A stretch of DNA of 64,000 nucleotides from Candidatus Latescibacterota bacterium (GTDB taxonomy: Bacteria > Krumholzibacteriota > Krumholzibacteriia > WVZY01), in contig CAWBQK010000018.1 in the NCBI GenBank assembly GCA_963791045.1, positions 134,405 through 198,404 on the forward strand, given 5' to 3'. Position numbers and translations under genes: made by a program. This document shows positions 53,730-64,000 of the stretch, one piece after another; position 1 is the stretch's first letter, and each line of letters opens with the position of its first letter. The notes under the pieces were generated by a model. It searched no databases. It saw only the letters and a list, made by a program, of their open reading frames with translations, and had not been told where the DNA came from.

Positions 53730-55054
53730 TGAACGATTCCAATCAGAAGGCGATCGATAAGCACGTCAGCCTCAATCTCAACATCCGCGGAATGCCCGTG
53801 TCGGCGACGCTCTCTATCAACGAACGTTGCAGGGCGCTGCAGGAGGAAGGCAAGTTTGTGTACCGGCTCGGCCTCGGGCAATCGCCTTTCCCCGTGCCCA
53901 GGGCCGTTGTCGAAGCGCTCAAACTTTATGCGCGTGAGAAGGATTATCTTCCCGTCCGCGGGCTTCCCGAACTGCGCGAGGCCGTGGCGAAGTTTCACCG
54001 GAGCAAAGATGAGGTCAATGCCAGGCCGGAAGGCGTCATGGTGGGCCCCGGATCCAAGGAACTGATGTTTCTTCTCCAGCTTGTGTTTTATGGAGAAATT
54101 ATGGTTCCGACGCCTTGTTGGGTGTCGTATGTGCCGCAGGCGCAGATCATCGGCAGGAAGGTTCGGCTAATCCCGACGAGCTTCGAGGAAAAGTGGAGAC
54201 TAACGCCGGAAAAACTCACGAATACGTGCGAACGTGAAAATGACGCATATCGGCCGCGCATCCTTGTTCTCAACTACCCGGGTAACCCCGACGGTGGAAC
54301 CTACTCCGCCGAAGAGTTGATGGAGCTTGCGGAAGTCGCGAAGCGTTATCAATTGATTATTCTCTCGGATGAAATCTATGGGCAGCTCAACTTCAAGGGC
54401 AGCCATGTCTCGATTGCCCGGTTTTACCCGGACCAGACTATTATTAGCTCCGGGCTATCCAAGTGGTGCGGCGCCGGTGGGTGGCGATTGGGAACGTTCA
54501 CATTTCCAGCCGAGCTGCGCTGGTTGATGGATGCGATGGCGTCGGCGGCGAGCGAGACCTATACCTCGGTGAGCGCTCCGATTCAATATGCCGCGGTGCG
54601 GGCGTTCAATGGTGGTCTCACCATCGAAAGATATCTCTGGCACGCGCGTCGGATTCTCGCTACGCTGGGAAATTGGTGCTATGAATGCATGGCGGAAGCA
54701 GGGGTGAGGATTCATCCTCCCGAAGGCGGGTTTTATCTTTTTGTCGATTTCTCTCCGTTTTCGGAAGCGCTGGTCAGGCGAGGCATTCGTGACGGGGAAG
54801 CGCTCTGCGAACGTCTTCTGGCGGATACGGGTGTCGCGATTCTGCCGGGCAGTTCGTTCGAACGTCCCGAGGAAGATCTGACGGCGCGGATCGCTTACGT
54901 GAATTTTGACGGAGCGAAAGCTCTCTCCGCGAGCGAAACGATCCCTATCGACAAACCGCTGACCGAAGAATTCTTGAGGGATTTTTGCCATGGAACGATT
55001 TCCGCAATCGAGAAAATGGCGGAATGGATAAAGGGGTTGAACGAACCAGTCTAG
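53726..55054 (+). CDS. Class I/II PLP-dependent aminotransferase (aspartate aminotransferase-like)
   Basis: GLPELREAV, PGSKE, NYPGNPDG, SDEIY, GLSKWCGAGGWRLG. Confidence 0.9.
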   Translation: MMNDSNQKAIDKHVSLNLNIRGMPVSATLSINERCRALQEEGKFVYRLGLGQSPFPVPRAVVEALKLYAREKDYLPVRGLPELREAVAKFHRSKDEVNARPEGVMVGPGSKELMFLLQLVFYGEIMVPTPCWVSYVPQAQIIGRKVRLIPTSFEEKWRLTPEKLTNTCERENDAYRPRILVLNYPGNPDGGTYSAEELMELAEVAKRYQLIILSDEIYGQLNFKGSHVSIARFYPDQTIISSGLSKWCGAGGWRLGTFTFPAELRWLMDAMASAASETYTSVSAPIQYAAVRAFNGGLTIERYLWHARRILATLGNWCYECMAEAGVRIHPPEGGFYLFVDFSPFSEALVRRGIRDGEALCERLLADTGVAILPGSSFERPEEDLTARIAYVNFDGAKALSASETIPIDKPLTEEFLRDFCHGTISAIEKMAEWIKGLNEPV

Positions 55055-55064
55055 GCGGTCGGAG

Positions 55065-55457
55065 ATGAAATTCAATCGCAGGGAAATGGTGCGAGACCTG
55101 ATGGGTCTGGGAAGCGTTCCTTTTCTGCTGCTCGTCGTGGTTCGTGTCGCGATGGTGGGGAATTTTCTCGAGCTTTTTCACATTCTCACAGCCGTCGCTC
55201 TTTTCGGACTTGCCGGGTTCGTCGTCGCGGGTCTTCACTACCATACCGGCCGGCTCGTCATTATGGCGATATTTACGTCTGTTTTCTACGATGACATTTA
55301 TTTTACCATTTTCGCGGCCTTGATAACGATCGCCGCCGTGTTCAGTTTTGCCAGATATCTCGAATCCATCAAGGTTTACGCGAGTCTCGTTCTGGGTCTT
55401 CTTTGCAGTTTGGCGAGTTACCTGATATCGCTGCCGCTCCCGATCCAGAACATATGA
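55065..55457 (+). CDS. Small integral membrane protein (PAP2-like fragment possible)
   Basis: 130 aa, mostly hydrophobic helices, GGAG RBS. Confidence 0.6.
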   Translation: MKFNRREMVRDLMGLGSVPFLLLVVVRVAMVGNFLELFHILTAVALFGLAGFVVAGLHYHTGRLVIMAIFTSVFYDDIYFTIFAALITIAAVFSFARYLESIKVYASLVLGLLCSLASYLISLPLPIQNI

Positions 55458-55626
55458 CGGGTACTCCGGCCGCAAACGAATCCGGCGACCCCGCGCCTCC
55501 GGGGGGCGGTGTGTAACTTGTCTTTACAAGCTTCGCTCGTTGGCCGTAGTCTCTGAGAAATAGACCGGCTCCCCGTACACCGGACGTGGGAGGGTCACGA
55601 ATCGAACATGACCTGGAGGTAGATCC

Positions 55627-56235
55627 ATGAAGTTCCTGACCGTTTTGTTGTCGGTTGTCCTCGTATTCGCTGTTGTTTTTTCGATGGGGTGCGCGAAACG
55701 GAAGGTAACCCGGATTCCCGAGGACTCCGTGACCGATCTTTCGGGCAACTGGAACGATACCGATTCGCGCCTTGTTGCCGACGAGATGATAAACGATTGT
55801 CTTACCGGTGCGTGGAAGTCGAATCACCACCAGGATGAAGGCAAGAAGCCGGTGACAATCGTCGGGGTCGTCCGCAACAAGACAACCGAGCACATCGCAG
55901 TGGACACGTTTATCGGCGACATGGAGCGGGCGTTTATCAACTCGGGCCAGGTTACGGTTGTTGCAAGCGCGGAAGAGCGCGGCCAGATCCGTGATGAAAG
56001 GTCCGATCAGCAGTCGTACTCCTCGGAAGAAACGATGAAGAACTGGGGCCGGGAGATCGGCGCGGACTATATGCTCGGCGGGGTGATAAACTCGATAATC
56101 GACGAGGTGGGGGGAGAGCGGGTTATATTCTATCAGGTGGACCTCACTCTGTATGACCTCGAGACCAACACCAAGGTGTGGACGGGGCAGAAGAAGATCA
56201 AGAAGTATATCGGCAAGTCAAAAGTGTCAATGTAG
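55627..56235 (+). CDS. LpoB-family lipoprotein (penicillin-binding protein activator)
   Basis: Lipobox SMGC; DLSGNWNDTDS, NKTTEHI, GADYML, FYQVDL, KVWTGQKKIKK. Confidence 0.8.
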   Translation: MKFLTVLLSVVLVFAVVFSMGCAKRKVTRIPEDSVTDLSGNWNDTDSRLVADEMINDCLTGAWKSNHHQDEGKKPVTIVGVVRNKTTEHIAVDTFIGDMERAFINSGQVTVVASAEERGQIRDERSDQQSYSSEETMKNWGREIGADYMLGGVINSIIDEVGGERVIFYQVDLTLYDLETNTKVWTGQKKIKKYIGKSKVSM

Positions 56236-56250
56236 GGCGAAACGCCACGC

Positions 56251-57651
56251 GTGATGCGGCGGATTGAATACAAGACAATGAGGAACCTGCTGGTTCCCGG
56301 GCTCATTGCAACCGTGTGTGTCTTAATTCAGGCATGTACGGCGAACATGGCGTATTCTCCCCTCGTCAAAGAATCCCTCGAAAGACAACAACTTGAAAGC
56401 GCCCTCGAAGGGGTGGAGAAGATAGACCAGGGCAGGTCTGAGCTTCTCTATCTCTATGAGAAGGGTATTCTCCTCCACTACGCCAATCGCTACGAAGAGA
56501 GTAACGCGGCGCTTGAGAAGGCCGAAGGGATTTACGATGAACTCTATACCAAGAGTCTCAGCCTGGAAGCCGGCGCGTTCCTGATGAGTGACAATGTGAT
56601 CAAGTACAGGGGAGAGCAGTTCGAAGCGGCTTTGTCCCACTACTACAAGATACTGAACTATCTTTATCTCTCGGACTCCGAAGGCGCCCTCGTCGAATGC
56701 AGAAGACTCAACCATCGCATAGAGACGTTTTCGGCGTCGGGAGATTCTGTGTTCGTGAACGATCCTTTTCTTCAATATCTCACCGGGATGGTGTTCTTCG
56801 ACAATGGTGAACTGAACGACGCGGACGTGTCGTTCCGCGCCGCCCACGCCGCGTACCAGGAGCTGAGCGAATGGTACGGGATCGAAGCACCGCCGTCGCT
56901 CGCCTGCGATCTCGTCCGGTGTTCGGAGATTCTCGGTGATCTCGAGGGCGCCGATCGTTACAGGGAAGCGGCGGAAGACTGCGACAAATATGAAATCGCG
57001 GATGGCAAGGGAGCCTTGAATATTTTTGTGGAAGCAGGGTTTGTCGCGTACAAAGTTGAGCACAACATCGTGTTGCCGATTTACAAAGATGATTACGACA
57101 AAAAACTCGATAACGACGGCCTCGCCGTAGTGCTCGTCGACAGGTACGGCAGGCCGGTCAATAGTTCGCGTAAACTCGATTACATGCTCCGCGTGGCGAT
57201 TCCGGATATGGTGTCCGCGCCGGAACCATTTATGGATGCCGGAATCCGTGTCCAGGGGGACAGTCTGACGCTCCGCTCCAGGGCCGTCGTCGCCGAGAAT
57301 GTCGAGGGGTTTGCGTTCGAAGCGTTCGACTCCAGAATCGGAAAAATTATGCTTAAAACGGTAACCCGTGGGCTGGTTAAATATCTTGCCAAGGAAGGGG
57401 CGGATGACCAGAGCGAGATCGCCGGGTGGCTTGTCAATCTCTTCAACGTGGTCACCGAGTCCGCCGATATCAGGTGCTGGTCGACGCTTCCGCAGACAAT
57501 ACGGATGGCGAGATTATCCCTTCCCGAGGGGATATACGATGTCGAGTTGAAGCTTTTCGGCAGCCACCAACAGGATGACGAGGTTTATACTGTAGAAGAC
57601 GTAGAAATCAAATCGGGCCGCGCGACCTTTTTGAACCTTCGAATCAACTGA
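56251..57651 (+). CDS. COG3014-like TPR lipoprotein
   Basis: Lipobox-like [35 protein letters not shown]; typical neighbour of LpoB. Start may be ATG 56278. Confidence 0.72.
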   Translation: MMRRIEYKTMRNLLVPGLIATVCVLIQACTANMAYSPLVKESLERQQLESALEGVEKIDQGRSELLYLYEKGILLHYANRYEESNAALEKAEGIYDELYTKSLSLEAGAFLMSDNVIKYRGEQFEAALSHYYKILNYLYLSDSEGALVECRRLNHRIETFSASGDSVFVNDPFLQYLTGMVFFDNGELNDADVSFRAAHAAYQELSEWYGIEAPPSLACDLVRCSEILGDLEGADRYREAAEDCDKYEIADGKGALNIFVEAGFVAYKVEHNIVLPIYKDDYDKKLDNDGLAVVLVDRYGRPVNSSRKLDYMLRVAIPDMVSAPEPFMDAGIRVQGDSLTLRSRAVVAENVEGFAFEAFDSRIGKIMLKTVTRGLVKYLAKEGADDQSEIAGWLVNLFNVVTESADIRCWSTLPQTIRMARLSLPEGIYDVELKLFGSHQQDDEVYTVEDVEIKSGRATFLNLRIN

Positions 57652-57704
57652 GTTATCTGATATATTTTGGTTATGCTGGGGCGGTCGCTTATATTCGCCC
57701 CACT

Positions 57705-59978
57705 ATGAGGGATTATCCGCGTTTGAAAAAATTGACACGGGGGAATGGATTCCCGTCGGGGTTGACGTCTGTCTTCTTATGTGTGATGTCGGCATCCGTG
57801 ATAACTGCCGGTAATGGTTGTTCCGACGCTTCACCGCCCGAAGGGACAAAAGGGGAGAGCACGACGATGACACATAGCGATTCCAAAAATATACCGGACG
57901 GCAAGAATCGACTGGCCCTCGAAAAAAGCCCGTACTTGCTTCAGCACGCGGACAACCCGGTGGACTGGTACCCATGGGGCGATGAAGCGTTCGAGAGGGC
58001 GCGACGCGAGGATAAACCCGTATTTCTTTCGATTGGGTACTCGACTTGTCATTGGTGCCACGTAATGGAACACGAATCGTTCGAGGACTCCACCGTCGCC
58101 GCGCTGATGAATGAGTCGTTCATCAATATCAAGGTGGATCGCGAAGAACGTCCCGATATCGACAACATTTATATGACAGTTTGCCAGATGATGACGGGAA
58201 GCGGTGGGTGGCCGCTCACGATCGTTATGACTCCCGACCGCAAACCATTTTTTGCCGCCACGTACATTCCGAAGACGACTCGATACGGTCGTGCCGGTAT
58301 GATGGAAATGATTCCGCAGATTACCTCCTATTGGGAGACGCATCGCGACGAGGCAAATTCAGCGTCCGAACAGATCACCCAGCAACTGCGGTCGCACTTT
58401 GAGAAAACAACCGGGGACGATGTATTGGGGAACGCCGTGATTTTGACGGCGTTTGACCAGCTTTCCGGACGTTTCGACGATGTTCACGGCGGTTTTGGCC
58501 GTGCGCCGAAGTTTCCGACGCCTCACAATCTGCTCTTTCTCCTGCGTTATTGGCACCGGACCGGAGACAAGAAGGCCCTCGGCATGGTCGAGCGTACGCT
58601 CGACGGCATGGCCCGGGGTGGGATCTACGATCACGTCGGTTTTGGCTTTCATCGTTACTCGACCGATGAAAAATGGTTCGCGCCGCACTTCGAAAAGATG
58701 CTCTACGACCAGGCGCTTCTGACAATGGCGTACACCGAGGCCTATCTCGCCACCGGCAACGAATCGTTCAAGCGGACGGCCGAAGAGATTATCGAATACG
58801 TTCTGCGCGACATGACCGACGACAGAGGCGGTTTTTATTCGGCGGAAGATGCGGACAGCGAAGGCATCGAAGGGAAATTCTACTTGTGGTCCGAGGCCGA
58901 GCTGGTTGAACTGCTTGGTGACGAAGACGGGCGGTTGGCGGCGGATGTTTACGGTGTGTCAACCGAAGGAAATTTCGCGGAAGAGGTTGAGGCGGGTAAT
59001 ATTTTGTATCTCAAGAAATCCGTCGGCGACATCGCAAGGGACCGCGGGGAGTCGGAAGAGGCGCTTCGTGAGCGCCTGAAAGCGATACGGAAGAGATTGT
59101 ATTTTGAGCGGAAAAGGCGTGTGCGTCCCTACAAAGATGACAAAGTGCTCATGGACTGGAACGGACTCATGATTGCCGCGCTCGCGAAGGCGGGGCGCGC
59201 GTTTGACAATGACGGTCACACGAGGGCGGCAGTGAAAGCCGCCAGGTTTGCGATGGAAAACATGGGGGCCGACGACGGCCGCTTGTTGCACCGCTACCGG
59301 GACGGCGCTGCGGGGATCGCCGCCAACATTGATGACTATGCGTTTTTTGTGTGGGGCCTTATTGAACTCTACGAGGCGACGTACGACGTTTCTTTTATGG
59401 AGAAGGCGCTCGAGTTTGAGGGTGTCATGGTTCGGGATTTCTGGGACGACGAGAACGGCGGGTTTTTCTTCACGCCCGCGAACGGCGAAACCATGATTGC
59501 CAGGTCCAAAGAAATCTATGACGGGGCCGTTCCATCCGGAAATTCGGTTGCACAGCTCGACCTGTTGCGTCTCGCCCGTATCTCCGCGGATCCAGCGGCG
59601 GAAAAACGTGCCGCGGATATCGGCAGGGTTTTCTTCCATGACGTCACGCGTGCGCCATCCGCTTTTACTTTCCTTATGGTTGGGCTTGAATTCGTCGCGG
59701 GGAATTCGCGCGAGGTGGTCATTGTTGGGGAATCGGGCTCCGAAGACACGAGGTCGATGCGGCGAGCTATCGATTCGAGATACCTGCCTAACCTGGTGAC
59801 ACTGTTCAAGCCGACGGATACGGCGGAGCCGGGAATCGTCCGAATCGCCGAATTTACAAAAAGCCACGCAACGGTCGACGGTAAGACGACGGCGTATGTA
59901 TGCGAAAACTATGCGTGCAAGCTTCCAACGACTGACATCGCAGAAATGCTCGCCCTTCTTGGCGGGGCGCCTCAATAA
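57705..59978 (+). CDS. Thioredoxin-domain / six-hairpin glycosidase-like protein (YyaL/SPATA20 family)
   Basis: [66 protein letters not shown]. Start uncertain. Confidence 0.9.
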   Translation: MRDYPRLKKLTRGNGFPSGLTSVFLCVMSASVITAGNGCSDASPPEGTKGESTTMTHSDSKNIPDGKNRLALEKSPYLLQHADNPVDWYPWGDEAFERARREDKPVFLSIGYSTCHWCHVMEHESFEDSTVAALMNESFINIKVDREERPDIDNIYMTVCQMMTGSGGWPLTIVMTPDRKPFFAATYIPKTTRYGRAGMMEMIPQITSYWETHRDEANSASEQITQQLRSHFEKTTGDDVLGNAVILTAFDQLSGRFDDVHGGFGRAPKFPTPHNLLFLLRYWHRTGDKKALGMVERTLDGMARGGIYDHVGFGFHRYSTDEKWFAPHFEKMLYDQALLTMAYTEAYLATGNESFKRTAEEIIEYVLRDMTDDRGGFYSAEDADSEGIEGKFYLWSEAELVELLGDEDGRLAADVYGVSTEGNFAEEVEAGNILYLKKSVGDIARDRGESEEALRERLKAIRKRLYFERKRRVRPYKDDKVLMDWNGLMIAALAKAGRAFDNDGHTRAAVKAARFAMENMGADDGRLLHRYRDGAAGIAANIDDYAFFVWGLIELYEATYDVSFMEKALEFEGVMVRDFWDDENGGFFFTPANGETMIARSKEIYDGAVPSGNSVAQLDLLRLARISADPAAEKRAADIGRVFFHDVTRAPSAFTFLMVGLEFVAGNSREVVIVGESGSEDTRSMRRAIDSRYLPNLVTLFKPTDTAEPGIVRIAEFTKSHATVDGKTTAYVCENYACKLPTTDIAEMLALLGGAPQ

Positions 59979-60134
59979 ATCTGCTATAGAGGATAAGTGG
60001 TCGGCGTTTCATTCCGCCGACAGCAGCGAAAAAAGCGCCAAACCTCGAAAAACGGGAAATATCCGGGTCTGCGAGGATGTGGGGGCTCAACCTGATTATC
60101 GTTGGGGCCATTCAACTTGCATTCCTCAAAAAAC

Positions 60135-60148
60135 TTGACAAATGTCAA
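60135..60148. promoter_or_regulatory. FNR/CRP-family-like palindrome upstream of the oxidase operon
   Basis: TTGAC-AAAT-GTCAA, about 120 bp upstream of the SCO gene. Confidence 0.55.
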
Positions 60149-60267
60149 TTTTTGGTCTATTTTTTCACGACTCAAGTGGATTTTTAAAAGTTCATTCATA
60201 GCATCCAACCATCGATTAACTCCGGTTTCTTGACAACGGTTCGATATTGAATCTGGGAGGCACCTGA

Positions 60268-61071
60268 TTGCGGCTCCAAGGGATCGTTATCTTCGCGCTT
60301 TTTCTAACTCTCGTACTGTCAGTGGGTGTTGTCGTTGCTCAAACTCATACGCCGCCCCCGGCGTCGGATGATGTTGGGATCGACGAACAGCTGGGAGAGT
60401 ACGTTCCGCGCGGTCTCGGATTTCTCGAGGCGAGCGGCGACTCCATTTATTTTGACGACTTGATAGATAAACCCATTGTCCTGACGCTTGTTTATTATCA
60501 CTGCCCGAGTATTTGCATGCCGCTTCTCAACGGCGTCGCCGAGGTTGTCGAAAAAACGGATCTCGATGTCGGCAAGGACTACCGGATCGTGACAGTGAGT
60601 TTTGACAAATATGATAACCCCAAGACGGCAAAACGTGTAAAAGACAATATAACAACGACATTAGGGGATGATGTTCCCGCGGACGCCTGGTTGTTTCTCA
60701 CAGCGGACAGTGTGACGATCGATAAGCTTACCGGTGGGGTTGGTTTTCACGTCAAGCGGGTCGACAAGGACTTTGCCCATGGTTCCGCGCTTATCGTCAT
60801 CGCTCCGGACGGCAAGATTGTTCGTTATCTCTATGGTTTGTTCTACGCGCCTTTCGATCTCAAAATGGCGGTTGCCGAGGCGACGAAGGGGAAAGTCTCT
60901 CCGTCGATATCGCGCGTGTTGCGGTTTTGCTTTAGCTATGATCCCGAAGGCAGGGAGTACGTGTTCAATCTGACGCGAGTGGTCGGCGCACTCGTCCTGT
61001 TCTTCGCGGCTGTATTCGTGATCACCATCAGTTTGATGGGCAAGAAACGCAGGAAAGAGAAAAGGATCTGA
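60268..61071 (+). CDS. SCO1/SenC copper chaperone
   Basis: YYHCPSIC (CxxxC), FAHGS, RYLYG, CFSYDP. Confidence 0.88.
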   Translation: MRLQGIVIFALFLTLVLSVGVVVAQTHTPPPASDDVGIDEQLGEYVPRGLGFLEASGDSIYFDDLIDKPIVLTLVYYHCPSICMPLLNGVAEVVEKTDLDVGKDYRIVTVSFDKYDNPKTAKRVKDNITTTLGDDVPADAWLFLTADSVTIDKLTGGVGFHVKRVDKDFAHGSALIVIAPDGKIVRYLYGLFYAPFDLKMAVAEATKGKVSPSISRVLRFCFSYDPEGREYVFNLTRVVGALVLFFAAVFVITISLMGKKRRKEKRI

Positions 61072-61073
61072 GT

Positions 61074-62705
61074 ATGGCCACGCATTCCGCAGCAGAGAAC
61101 GGCGCCGCTCCGGACTTTTACAATGTCCGCGGCCGGTATTCAGGGATACTGTCGTGGATACTGTCGACCGACCACAAACGTATCGGGATTCTGTACCTCG
61201 GTTCTATGCTCACGTTTTTTCTCGTCGGGATGTCGTTGGGGTTTCTCATCCGCCTGGAGCTCATCGCCCCGGGCAAGCAGATCGTAGAAGCCCAGACGTA
61301 CAACGCGTTTTTTACCCTCCACGGAATCATAATGATCTTCCTGTTCGTGGTTCCGGGGCTTTCCGCGTCGTTTGGTAATTTCTTTCTCCCGCTTCATATA
61401 GGCGCCGAGGATGTGGCGTTTCCGCGGTTGAACCTCCTCTCGTGGTGGCTCTTCATCGGTGGCGCGTTCATCGTCGTCGTTTCCATGTTTACCGGGTCGG
61501 GGCCGCCGGATACGGGATGGACGTTTTATGCTCCGTACAGTCTTCGGTCGGGGACCAATGTTGTGCTCGCGGCGTTTGGCGCATTCGTCCTTGGGTTTTC
61601 ATCGATATTGACCGGCATCAACTTTATTACGACCGTCCACCGTCTCCGCGCGCCGGGGATGGGATGGTTCAGGATGCCGCTGTTCACCTGGTCGCTTTAC
61701 GCAACGGCGTGGATGCAGGTGCTTGCTACCCCGGTTATCGGCATCAATCTCCTGCTCATTATAGCCGAGAGGTTTTTCGGGATTGGCGTGTTCGATCCCG
61801 CAAAAGGCGGCGACCCGATTCTTTACCAGCATCTCTTCTGGATCTATTCACACCCGGCCGTTTATATCATGATTCTTCCCGCGATGGGGGCGATATCGGA
61901 GATCATGCCGGTTTTTTCGCAGCGGACGATCTTTGGTTACAAATTCATAGCGTATTCAACCATGGCAATCGCGGGGTTGGGGTCGCTGGTGTGGGGGCAT
62001 CATATGTTCGTGAGCGGGCAGAGTTATGCCGCGGATGTGATCTTTTCGCTTCTCACGATGCTTGTCTCGATTCCCAGCGCGATCAAGGTTTTTAACTGGG
62101 TTGCCACGATGTACAAGGGCTCGATCCGGATCGAAGCGCCGCTTCTATTTGCGATGTCTTTCATTTTTCTTTTTGCCATCGGCGGCCTGAGCGGAATGAT
62201 GCTTGGGGTGCTCTCATTCGACGTGCACGTTCACGACACCTATTTCGTCGTCGGTCATTTCCACTATGTGATGTTTGGCGGAATGGGCATGGCGTTCTTC
62301 GCGGCGATTCATTACTGGTTTCCAAAAATGTTCGGACGGATGTATCGCCGCAAACTTGCTAACGTGTCGTGGCTCATTATCCTCATCGGTTTCAATATGC
62401 TCTATATTCCATTTTTTGTTCTGGGTTGGATGGGCATGCCGAGGCGGTATTACGATTACCTGCCTCAGTATCATGACATGCACCTGTTGTCTACAATCGG
62501 TTCGTGGGTGCTTATCAGCGGAATCCTGATCATGCTCGGAAATCTCATTGTATCGCTCCGCAAGGGCGAAAAGGCGCCCGCCAACCCGTGGAACGGCACG
62601 ACGCTCGAATGGTCGGTGCCCTCACCGCCGCCTCTCTTGAATTTTGAGGAAATTCCGGAAATCGATCGGGGGCCATACGACTACGAAGGAGCGTCAAAGA
62701 GGTGA
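61074..62705 (+). CDS. ctaD: Cytochrome c oxidase subunit I, type A2
   Basis: [54 protein letters not shown]. Confidence 0.96.
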   Translation: MATHSAAENGAAPDFYNVRGRYSGILSWILSTDHKRIGILYLGSMLTFFLVGMSLGFLIRLELIAPGKQIVEAQTYNAFFTLHGIIMIFLFVVPGLSASFGNFFLPLHIGAEDVAFPRLNLLSWWLFIGGAFIVVVSMFTGSGPPDTGWTFYAPYSLRSGTNVVLAAFGAFVLGFSSILTGINFITTVHRLRAPGMGWFRMPLFTWSLYATAWMQVLATPVIGINLLLIIAERFFGIGVFDPAKGGDPILYQHLFWIYSHPAVYIMILPAMGAISEIMPVFSQRTIFGYKFIAYSTMAIAGLGSLVWGHHMFVSGQSYAADVIFSLLTMLVSIPSAIKVFNWVATMYKGSIRIEAPLLFAMSFIFLFAIGGLSGMMLGVLSFDVHVHDTYFVVGHFHYVMFGGMGMAFFAAIHYWFPKMFGRMYRRKLANVSWLIILIGFNMLYIPFFVLGWMGMPRRYYDYLPQYHDMHLLSTIGSWVLISGILIMLGNLIVSLRKGEKAPANPWNGTTLEWSVPSPPPLLNFEEIPEIDRGPYDYEGASKR

Positions 62706-63484
62706 GCGGCACCACGGGACTTGCAGTTGAACGCCACCACGACTATGCCGGCTCGAAGATCGGTATGTGGGTGTTTCTTTTTACAGAGTTGCTGCTGTTT
62801 GGCGGCATGTTCCTCCTCTACGCCGTTTACCGGACAAAATACCCGGAGGACTTCCACTATGCCGCCGGAGAGCTCGACATGCTCGCCGGGACGTTGAACA
62901 CGATCATCCTCCTGACAAGCAGCCTCACCGTCGCGCTTGCCATCGTAGCTGTTCAAACGGCGCGCAAAAAGCTCGCGATTGGTCTCCTTCTTATAACCGT
63001 CGTCTTCGGGATCTGGTTTCTCATAAACAAATATTTTGAATGGGGCGCGAAGTTCGAGCATGGGCTTTATCCCGGATCGGAATTTCTGCTCCAGCACTCC
63101 AACGGGGAAATCATCTTTTTTGGTTTGTATTTTACGATGACCGGCTTGCACGCGCTCCACGTCATCGTCGGTTTGATAGTTATCGGCGTCGTCACGGTCA
63201 AAATGCTGGGCAAGCCATTTGAGGAAGTGCTGTTTGCCGGCGAGGGCCTCGAGCGGATGCAGGGGACCCGCCCGGCGGTGCTCGATGAATCGGGGAAGCC
63301 CGTTTGGATTGGAGAGACAATCGACGATTCGGTCGAACAGGTCACGGTGCGGACCAAGTACCTTCCGGTCCAGAAAAGAATCCGCCGGGAAGATTTTGGC
63401 GGGCTCGAAAACGCCGGCTTGTACTGGCACCTGGTCGACATTATCTGGATATTTCTGTTTCCGCTTTTCTATTTGATCACTTAA
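62702..63484 (+). CDS. ctaE: Cytochrome c oxidase subunit III with a soluble insertion
   Basis: [47 protein letters not shown]. Confidence 0.93.
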   Translation: MSGTTGLAVERHHDYAGSKIGMWVFLFTELLLFGGMFLLYAVYRTKYPEDFHYAAGELDMLAGTLNTIILLTSSLTVALAIVAVQTARKKLAIGLLLITVVFGIWFLINKYFEWGAKFEHGLYPGSEFLLQHSNGEIIFFGLYFTMTGLHALHVIVGLIVIGVVTVKMLGKPFEEVLFAGEGLERMQGTRPAVLDESGKPVWIGETIDDSVEQVTVRTKYLPVQKRIRREDFGGLENAGLYWHLVDIIWIFLFPLFYLIT

Positions 63485-63506
63485 CTGTTCGCCCGGTACG
63501 GGGGAT

Positions 63507-63803
63507 TTGATTTTGGAGAAGAACAGCAAAGAACACGGGCCAATCGGCTTTGACGTATACGTGCTCGCGTGGGTGGCGCTGCTGATACTCACGGCGATCA
63601 CGGTTACGGTTGCTGGGATGCACCTCGGCAGGCTCAGCGTGTTGACGGCAGTGTTTATTGCCACCGTCAAGGCGAGTGTCGTGCTGTACCTGTTCATGCA
63701 TCTCAAGTATGAGAGCAAAATGCTGAAATTATTTGTTTTTGCGGCGGTCGTGACCCTGGCGATTTTCATCGGACTGACGTTTACGGACATTCTTTACAGA
63801 TAA
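63507..63803 (+). CDS. Cytochrome c oxidase subunit IV
   Basis: LLILTAITV, IATVKASVVLYLFMHLKYE. Confidence 0.88.
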   Translation: MILEKNSKEHGPIGFDVYVLAWVALLILTAITVTVAGMHLGRLSVLTAVFIATVKASVVLYLFMHLKYESKMLKLFVFAAVVTLAIFIGLTFTDILYR

Positions 63804-63808
63804 AAAAC

Positions 63809-64000
63809 ATGACGGACTTATTCTCAACAACCACCGAAGCGGTGAACATAGCATTCTTCGTGATCCTCGCCATTTCCGTGGCGATGCTGATTCTCATCAC
63901 GGGGTTGATGGTCTTTTTCGCCATCAAATACCATCGCAAGCGGCATCCAAAAGCCGTGCAGATCGAGGGCAATACGATGCTCGAGATCGTCTGGACTGTG
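63809..64000 (+). CDS. ctaC: Cytochrome c oxidase subunit II, 5' part truncated by the window end
   Basis: Translation MTDLFSTTTEAVNIAFFVILAISVAMLILITGLMVFFAIKYHRKRHPKAVQIEGNTMLEIVWTV contains the QIEGN..LEIVWT motif. Confidence 0.88.
   Translation, partial: MTDLFSTTTEAVNIAFFVILAISVAMLILITGLMVFFAIKYHRKRHPKAVQIEGNTMLEIVWTV

Overview
About 64 kb of GC-rich bacterial chromosome, mostly housekeeping genes, with no prophage, IS, integrase or CRISPR-cas visible. Gene content suggests a diderm, possibly FCB-group (Latescibacterota/Krumholzibacteriota-like) organism; this is inference only. Left part (1-20.6 kb): pyk, a GH130/GT4 divergent pair, an unusual acyl-CoA-transferase-GNAT-HDAC triple fusion divergent from a GNAT/amidase/C69-peptidase cluster, small envelope genes, ppk1 and a VanZ-LamG protein. 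Middle: glmM-glmS-ridA-tRNA-Sec, lepA-lepB-hemW, hrcA-grpE-dnaK-dnaJ-rsmE, yqeY-cvpA-mutS2-dnaG-rpoD-tRNA(CAT), a 50-bp tandem array, DUF6165, zinc-ribbon protein, RNase HI, rnpB, recJ-dtd-maf-mtnA. Right: assorted metabolic genes, lpoB/COG3014, YyaL-like protein and an A2-type cytochrome c oxidase operon that runs off the end. Many conserved genes are split by single-base frameshifts (mainly 21.9-31.7 kb and 43.9-50.3 kb), most likely consensus errors. Best leads: (1) a single polypeptide carrying a predicted acetyl writer (Pat-type GNAT), eraser (Zn-dependent HDAC/AcuC) and a catalytically degenerate CoA-transferase domain; (2) two promoter-plus-terminator-bounded structured RNA candidates; (3) an SD-sequestering hairpin over an internal dnaJ promoter; (4) a polarised hairpin-flanked tandem array after tRNA(CAT).
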